Assembly (NCBI GenBank): GCA_016932215.1
Contig: JAFGDH010000019.1
Location: 1,817-65,816 of the forward strand
Length of the DNA: 64,000 nt
Source of the DNA: Candidatus Aenigmatarchaeota archaeon
GTDB lineage: Archaea > Aenigmatarchaeota > Aenigmatarchaeia > QMZP01 > QMZT01
Reading direction: 5' to 3'
Below the pieces are notes generated by a model. It was given only the letters and a program-made list of their open reading frames with translations. It was not told the DNA's origin and made no database searches. Below are positions 58,310 through 64,000 of the stretch, piece by piece. Made by a program: the position numbers and the translations under genes. Within the stretch, counting starts at the first letter, position 1, and every line of letters begins with the position of its first letter.

Positions 58310-58570
58310 ATGGGAGACATGTACGGGAGGAGGCAGTGGATCGAGAGGAGGAGCCCGAAGAAGTGCGGAGGCTACAAGAAAGGGAACTGTCCTGTCAGGA
58401 AGGGGCAGATACTTACGGTGGATATAGATGACATCTCCCCCAGGGGGGATGGTATAGCCAAAATAAGGGATTTCGCGGTTTTCGTTCCCGGCACCAGTGT
58501 CGGCGACAGGGTAACCATACAGATAACGGAGATAAAGACCACGTGCGCCGAGGCGAAAATAATCGGCTGA
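58310..58570 (+). CDS. stand-alone TRAM-domain protein
   Basis: GQILTVDIDDISPRGDGIAKIRDFAVFVPGTSVGDRVTIQITEIK matches the TRAM beta-barrel pattern. 86 aa. Confidence 0.7.
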   Translation: MGDMYGRRQWIERRSPKKCGGYKKGNCPVRKGQILTVDIDDISPRGDGIAKIRDFAVFVPGTSVGDRVTIQITEIKTTCAEAKIIG

Positions 58571-58942
58571 TTATATATCAATGATTTCCGCGTCCTGGTA
58601 CGTTGTGTCCGTGGTGTCTGTTTCCGCCGGTATTCCCATGTCTTTCAAAAGAGAATCGAGCGGGACTATTATTGAATCGTAAGGCAAGAAACTGAAAAGG
58701 CTGTCCAGATTGAGCGGCGGTGCGTTCGGGTCTATCCCCAGGGAATCAATTTCCGCCTGCGTTAAAATATGAACACCGGGGTCCTTTTCCTCGTATTTGA
58801 GACCGGTTGTAAGGGTCGGGGCCCTTATCATCCTGGAGCATTCCAGGCCGGCTGCCGCGACAGGAACGACCAGACCAAGCTTCCTGTACTCCCATAAGGT
58901 TTCCAGGTACCTTTTGGCGGTTTCCAGATAATTCTTTTTCAT
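58571..58942 (-). CDS. hypothetical protein (123 aa)
   Basis: ORF only. Confidence 0.4.
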   Translation of the reverse strand: MKKNYLETAKRYLETLWEYRKLGLVVPVAAAGLECSRMIRAPTLTTGLKYEEKDPGVHILTQAEIDSLGIDPNAPPLNLDSLFSFLPYDSIIVPLDSLLKDMGIPAETDTTDTTYQDAEIIDI

Positions 58943-58997
58943 AATACCCTAGAAGTACAGTTAGAAATAAAAGGATAAAATAATGCGTACGCCGTTT

Positions 58998-59492
58998 TCA
59001 GTGCTTCTTCATGTATTCCCCGACCCCGATGAGGGGAACGCCGAACGCGATCGCCAGGAAAAGGAACTCGAAGTCGATCATCCCGGTTATTCCGAATAAT
59101 ATGACTCCGGCTATCACCCAGATGATCCCCAGTATCATCTCGGGGTTCTTCTTCACGCTGAATCCCTCGGTCAGCGCGCCCAGGCCAAGCAATATCAGCC
59201 ATATCGAACCCAGGTACCACTGGTCTATAAGGAGAAACCCTGTCACTATGGACGTGGTCATTATGAACCCTATGCCCACGAACAGTAACCATAAGAGTCC
59301 TTCCTTGCTGTTGCTCCCGTAGCTGGTCTTGACCGACATCACCCCGAAGCCTATCAGGACGAGGATCACCCAGATTATGGGGATGAAAAGGTACCACCCG
59401 CCGTAAACGACGAACTGGGTGATAATGAAGCCTATCAGAATGATGAAACCCCATATCGAAAGGAACCTTTTTTCGTCCAGCATGACACCCAC
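58998..59492 (-). CDS. membrane protein (5 TM)
   Basis: 164 aa, hydrophobic. Confidence 0.5.
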   Translation of the reverse strand: MGVMLDEKRFLSIWGFIILIGFIITQFVVYGGWYLFIPIIWVILVLIGFGVMSVKTSYGSNSKEGLLWLLFVGIGFIMTTSIVTGFLLIDQWYLGSIWLILLGLGALTEGFSVKKNPEMILGIIWVIAGVILFGITGMIDFEFLFLAIAFGVPLIGVGEYMKKH

Positions 59493-59577
59493 TGATTAAG
59501 AATTGGTTGGAATACCTTAATATTGTTTTGCGGAAATGGAAATAAAATAAAGAAAAAGTCACCGGATTTCCCGTTTC

Positions 59578-59895
59578 TTACTTCTTGTCTATTGCTATCT
59601 GAGATCCTCCGGTTTTGGAAGTGTCCGGGTTCGCGTCCGCCATCTCGTAAAGCCATTTCGCATGCTCAGGATCAAGAACTCTTCCGAGATCTTCTGCCAG
59701 CATCTCTCGCCTTACAGATGGTGTGTCAACCAGTGTTGCCCGCGCAGAAGGCGGTATCAGTTTCGTTCCGTCCCCCATGTCCAGGTCAGCCTTCAGTCCC
59801 TTAAGTCCGCTGTAAGGACCAGCGCAACCTGTTATAAGATACAATCCCAGTCCGGCCAAACTAAATGCATATTTTTTATTCATATTATTCACCAA
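59578..59895 (-). CDS. small lipoprotein
   Basis: MNKKYAFSLAGLGLYLITGC lipobox. Confidence 0.45.
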   Translation of the reverse strand: MVNNMNKKYAFSLAGLGLYLITGCAGPYSGLKGLKADLDMGDGTKLIPPSARATLVDTPSVRREMLAEDLGRVLDPEHAKWLYEMADANPDTSKTGGSQIAIDKK

Positions 59896-60277
59896 TAAGT
59901 CAATACAATATTTGGAACAGAAATTCTTATAAAGGGTTATTGTGCCAAGGTTTTGTTTGGGTTATGCAAATTATAAAAAATTAACAACCAATTAAGAAAA
60001 GTGATATTATGACAGATGCGGAATGCGCTAATTGTTGGAGGTATCATCTTACAATGGAGAGGGAAGGTTACGCACACATAAGATGCGGTAAAGGCTATTT
60101 CGATTTCTTTGCCGGGCCAGACGAAACATTCGAATGAAAAGGTGCTGAGGGCAGAAGCGGTGTTTCCAAGTACAGCCTCATTCCTTGTCCTTGTGGTGGT
60201 GAAGAATTCAGGCTCAACAAGAGAAAGGAAAGAGAAATGTTTGAATCCATGAAAGGCGAGCAGTTCGTTTGAATAAA

Positions 60278-63004
60278 TCATTCCACCTCTATCCCAGGCT
60301 TCCCGGGAAGGGCGTTGTTAGCCTTCGGTGACTTGGAATCCTCTGCCTTGATGATAACGAACGAGCAGCCGAACTCCTTCTCCAGCGAACCCTTCGTATC
60401 GTTCAGCATCTTGAACTCTGATGGCTGGTCGGTTGCTTCAGGGACCTGGCCCGCCTTTATGAACCTGGGGAGCATCCTGGTGATCTCGTTGCCGTGCTGC
60501 TTCAGGTCGGATTTCATTACCTCCCCGATTATCTCCCTGAAGTCCCTGGTCTTCGATAAAAGGGATGAGAGCGTTCTGAAGAACTCGTACTTCCAGGCAG
60601 GGGAAACGTAAAGGGATATCTTCTTCGGTTTCCCTATCTTCGCGAGCTTCAGGACCTCCGCGACATCGGACTTGGTCCGCTCGAGCGATTCCTCCCCCAG
60701 CTCCATGTCTTTTCTTATCTTCTTCTCGTCGTGTTTGGGCCATTTCTGCGTGGAGACGAACGGCTCGTTCCCGATGATCTCCCACGCCTCCTCGCACACA
60801 TGGGGAGCGAATGGCGAAAACATGATTACCAGGGATTCCGTCGCCTCCCTGAATACGTCCTTGTGAGGCTTTTGAGGGACTTTCGAGTACTTCAGAAGGG
60901 CGTTGAAGAAGTCCATGAGCGTCCCTATGGTCATGTTGAACCGGAAGCCGTCGATGCTTTCAGTGACCTTCCTCATGGTCGAGTGGAGCCTGGATTCCAT
61001 CATCAGGTCCGCTGTCTCTTTCGTTCCTGCCCTCGTCTTGACGGATTTGAAATCATTTACCATCTTCCAGAACCTGAGGACGAACCTGTGCGCGCCAATC
61101 ACGCCTTCGTCGCTCCATTCCAGCTGGCTGTCAGGCGAAGCCACGAATAGCAGGAACACCCTGGCAGTGTCTATCCCGTACCTCTTCGACATCTCCTCCT
61201 GGGTTACGACGTTCCCGAAGGACTTGCTCATTTTGTGTCCGTCCTTGTAGACTATCCCCTGGTTGAAGAGCCTGGTGAACGGCTCGTCGAAATCGAGCAG
61301 CCCTTCATCCCTCAGGACGCGGGTAAAGAATCGTGCGTACAGCAGATGCATGACAGCGTGCTCCGCCCCTCCTATGTACTGGTCAACAGGCAGCCAGTAC
61401 TTCACGCTTTCTTTGTCGAACATGTTATCGCTTTTCGGGTCGCAGTAGCGGAGGAAGTACCATGAGGAATCGACAAACGTATCCATTGTATCTGTCTCCC
61501 TCTTCGCCTTTCCTCCGCATTTAGGGCATTTTGTCTCGACGAAGTCCTTCCTCTCGGCCAGCGGGTTGCCGTGGCCGGTGAACCTGACGTCGATCGGAAG
61601 GGCAACCGGAAGCTCTTTTTCAGGCACGGGAACCGTTCCGCACTTCCCGCAATATACGATCGGTATCGGGGTGCCCCAGTACCTCTGCCTGGATATCCCC
61701 CAGTCACGGAGCTTGTAGTTCACGACCTTCTTCCCCATTCCCTTCTTCTCCATCCAGTCGGCCATCTTGACCAGGGCCTCTCTGTTCGGAAGGCCGTTGA
61801 ACTGGCCTGAACCGAATATTATACCGTCGTCGGTGAACGCGTCATCATAATCCTTCGGGTCGATCGGCTTCCCGTCTTTGCTGATCACGAACTTCAGCGG
61901 CAGGCCGTACTTCCTGGCGAACCTGAAGTCCCTCTTGTCGTGGGCGTCGCACATCACTATGCCGCTCCCGTACATCACGGCGAAGTTGGCCACCCATAAC
62001 GGGACCTTCTCGCCGTTTACCGGGTTTATCGCGTATTTTCCCGTGAACACCCCTTCCTTTTCCTTCTCCTCGTTCGTCCTGTCGATAATCGTCTCCTTCT
62101 TCGCCTTCTTTACGAACTCCTTCACCTTCTGCTCGTATTTCGTTCCCTTCACGAGATCATTTATCATGGGATGCTCGGGCGCTATGGCAAGAAATGTCAC
62201 GCTGAACGTGGTGTCGCATCGTGTCGTGAACGTGGGTAACGTCTGGTCAGTCCCCTCCAGCTTGAAATAGATGTCGACGCCGTGGCTCTTGCCTATCCAG
62301 TTCTCCTGCATTATTCGTATTCGCTCCGGCCAGCCTTCCAGCGTCTTCAGCCCGTCCAGTAATTCGTCAGCATACTGGGTGATCCTGAGGAACCATTGTT
62401 CTATCTGCTTCTCCTCTACCTCGCTCTTGCATCTCCAGCACTTGCCGTCTTCGACCTGCTCGTTCGCAAGTACGGTCTCGCAGCCGGGGCACCAGTTGAC
62501 CGGGGCCTTCTTCTTGTAGGCGAGACCCTTCTCCAGCATGCGGAGGAATATCCACTGGTTCCATTTGTAGTATTCCGGATAGCACGTGGCCAGCTCCCTG
62601 GCCCAGTCGTACGATAATCCCATCGCCTTCTGGTTCTTCTTGATGCCGGCTATCGCCTTCTCCGTGTATTCCTTGGGATGGGTGTTGTGCTTGATCGCGG
62701 CGTTCTCCGCCGGAAGGCCGAAGGCGTCATATCCCATCGGGTAGAGGACGTTGAATCCCCTCATCCGCTTGAAGCGGGCGTAGGCGTCGCCCATGGAATA
62801 ATTACGTATGTGGCCCATGTGCAGGCCGGCTGCGGAGGGATAGGGGAACATCTCCAGGACGTACATTTTCGGCTTTTTCGAGTCATCAGAAACCCTGAAT
62901 ATGCCGTCCCTGGCCCATTTTTCCTGCCATTTCTTCTCGATCCTGACAAAATTAACTTTCATACATTCACTGCAAAGTTTCGACTGACTGCTTGATCCAA
63001 CCAA
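60278..63004 (-). CDS. leuS: leucyl-tRNA synthetase, bacterial-type
   Basis: FPYPSAAGLHMGHIRNY (HMGH), DAFGLPAENAA, and KMSKSFGN near the C-terminal third. 908 aa. Confidence 0.95.
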   Translation of the reverse strand: MVGSSSQSKLCSECMKVNFVRIEKKWQEKWARDGIFRVSDDSKKPKMYVLEMFPYPSAAGLHMGHIRNYSMGDAYARFKRMRGFNVLYPMGYDAFGLPAENAAIKHNTHPKEYTEKAIAGIKKNQKAMGLSYDWARELATCYPEYYKWNQWIFLRMLEKGLAYKKKAPVNWCPGCETVLANEQVEDGKCWRCKSEVEEKQIEQWFLRITQYADELLDGLKTLEGWPERIRIMQENWIGKSHGVDIYFKLEGTDQTLPTFTTRCDTTFSVTFLAIAPEHPMINDLVKGTKYEQKVKEFVKKAKKETIIDRTNEEKEKEGVFTGKYAINPVNGEKVPLWVANFAVMYGSGIVMCDAHDKRDFRFARKYGLPLKFVISKDGKPIDPKDYDDAFTDDGIIFGSGQFNGLPNREALVKMADWMEKKGMGKKVVNYKLRDWGISRQRYWGTPIPIVYCGKCGTVPVPEKELPVALPIDVRFTGHGNPLAERKDFVETKCPKCGGKAKRETDTMDTFVDSSWYFLRYCDPKSDNMFDKESVKYWLPVDQYIGGAEHAVMHLLYARFFTRVLRDEGLLDFDEPFTRLFNQGIVYKDGHKMSKSFGNVVTQEEMSKRYGIDTARVFLLFVASPDSQLEWSDEGVIGAHRFVLRFWKMVNDFKSVKTRAGTKETADLMMESRLHSTMRKVTESIDGFRFNMTIGTLMDFFNALLKYSKVPQKPHKDVFREATESLVIMFSPFAPHVCEEAWEIIGNEPFVSTQKWPKHDEKKIRKDMELGEESLERTKSDVAEVLKLAKIGKPKKISLYVSPAWKYEFFRTLSSLLSKTRDFREIIGEVMKSDLKQHGNEITRMLPRFIKAGQVPEATDQPSEFKMLNDTKGSLEKEFGCSFVIIKAEDSKSPKANNALPGKPGIEVE

Positions 63005-63157
63005 TACAAGCAGTCTTACGTTTCATACATTTATGCATCAATATTATAGAATTAATCAGAGCCATATTTATATCATTAATCTTCAGATTTCGCTGGAGAG
63101 GCAATGTTCGGTTTTGGAACAATCAGCCTATAAATAATAATTTGGCTAACAATTAAG

Positions 63158-64000
63158 ATGCCAAAAGGATACGGTGAATTGCCTTCTGATCTGGTCCAAC
63201 GGGGCGCCATCACAAGAGGAGAAGTGATGGAACAAATCGGCATGAACCCAAAAGCCGGACGGCAAATTTCTTTGTTACACGGAGAGTATGCCAGCATTTT
63301 CGGCTGGCAGACATCCGATAACGGCATAGAATACACAACAAAGGATCGCGTTAACGCTTTTTTGTCCCTGCATCAGGAATATAGCGGAAAGGGTGAACAA
63401 AAGCCAAAAAGCGTTTCTGGCCCTAAACCGGGGAAAAAATCATCCGGTCAGGACTATCAGCTGCAGGGAGACGATATGCCTTTCCAGGAGTTCATGGCCC
63501 AGATTAATGAGCTGAAGCCCGAAGGAGTACCATTGTCTCAGGCCGCGTTGAACAGAGCAGTAAGATTTGGTCATGAAAAGCTGCCTGATTATGTCAGAGC
63601 GGAAACTGTGAAAACCTCAACCACACGCACCAAAAGGATGTCAGTTGTCCACGGCGGGGCAAAATACATTGCCTCCCTGAAAGGAGAAGAAACGAAAGAA
63701 CCGGATTTAAGCGAACAGTCTGCACATGTTTTGAATGAAAGCGTAGGGGAAACCGGAGATTTGGTTATAAAAATGCCGAATGAAATTTTGACCCTAGTTG
63801 CTAACCGCATACAGGAGATGGACCCCGATGATTTGGAAAAGGACGAGAAAGGGAGAGTAGTGATAAGAGGGTTCGTAAGCAAGTATACTGAAATAACAAT
63901 TCATACTGATTACAAACAAATGGTAGTTGATGAAATACGCAATTCTTGTAAAACTGTAGGAAACGCATTCAGAGAAGACGTAAAAAAAAAGGATATGACA
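63158..64000 (+). CDS. hypothetical protein, 3'-truncated by the window edge (at least 281 codons)
   Basis: ATG at 63158 is open to the window end. Absent from the ORF track because it has no stop. Noticeably A/T-richer and with fewer AGG Arg codons than the neighbouring genes. Confidence 0.45.
   Translation, partial: MPKGYGELPSDLVQRGAITRGEVMEQIGMNPKAGRQISLLHGEYASIFGWQTSDNGIEYTTKDRVNAFLSLHQEYSGKGEQKPKSVSGPKPGKKSSGQDYQLQGDDMPFQEFMAQINELKPEGVPLSQAALNRAVRFGHEKLPDYVRAETVKTSTTRTKRMSVVHGGAKYIASLKGEETKEPDLSEQSAHVLNESVGETGDLVIKMPNEILTLVANRIQEMDPDDLEKDEKGRVVIRGFVSKYTEITIHTDYKQMVVDEIRNSCKTVGNAFREDVKKKDMT

Noticed and set aside
1-64000. CRISPR arrays, tRNA/rRNA genes, IS elements
   Set aside because: Scanning intergenic regions by eye found no regularly spaced direct repeats, no tRNA-like GC-rich cloverleaf segments and no transposase-like ORFs. 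Absence cannot be proven without tools.

Overview
The window is 64 kb of gene-dense chromosome with about 75 protein-coding genes on both strands. I found no rRNA, tRNA, CRISPR array or obvious transposase.

The host is probably an archaeon, but the evidence is mixed:
- Pointing to archaea: arginine codons are mostly AGG/AGA at roughly 50% GC; A/T-rich TATA-like boxes sit about 25-35 nt upstream of many starts; the myo-inositol-1-phosphate synthase is of the archaeal type; there is a stand-alone TRAM protein; several surface proteins carry an N-terminal signal plus a C-terminal TM anchor.
- Pointing to bacteria: the LeuRS is clearly bacterial-type (FPYPS..LHMGH, GLPAEN), and there is a PglC-like sugar transferase and TolB/BamB-like beta-propellers.
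- Domain of life is therefore not settled.

Recognisable housekeeping and accessory content:
- leuS, UppS, a PHP phosphoesterase.
- Inositol-lipid genes: MIPS, IMPase and a CDP-alcohol phosphatidyltransferase.
- An oxidative-stress operon (peroxiredoxin, ferritin-like protein, desulfoferrodoxin), plus a stand-alone 42-aa desulforedoxin ORF that the ORF track missed.
- A stand-alone CheB-type methylesterase domain.
- Two MFS transporters, and PadR, ArsR and XRE regulators.
- ICMT-like and ArsM-like methyltransferases.
- A UPF0182-like 901-aa membrane protein.
- A cell-surface cluster: a 1406-aa PKD/FN3 repeat protein, a 700-aa CARDB-like protein and a Gly-rich secreted protein.

The most interesting region is 35.6-43.5 kb. 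It holds an uncharacterised minus-strand operon in this order: radical-SAM/SPASM protein, 595-aa unknown, 287-aa HExxH protein, 349-aa PD-(D/E)XK nuclease-domain protein. The operon is flanked by:
- an XRE-HTH gene preceded by a small TM-peptide ORF,
- a divergent 290-aa HExxH protein,
- a DUF1704/QEGLA (MATCAP-like, HEGSH) metallopeptidase.

Two of the promoters in that region, plus one at 7.6 kb, share a near-palindromic motif, TTAACTACTTAATAGTTAA-like. This suggests a small regulon under a dimeric HTH repressor.

A second candidate lies at the window start: a stand-alone Cas4-family Fe-S nuclease followed by two tandem paralogous proteins of unknown function.

All assignments rest on motif recognition by eye. 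No database search was run.
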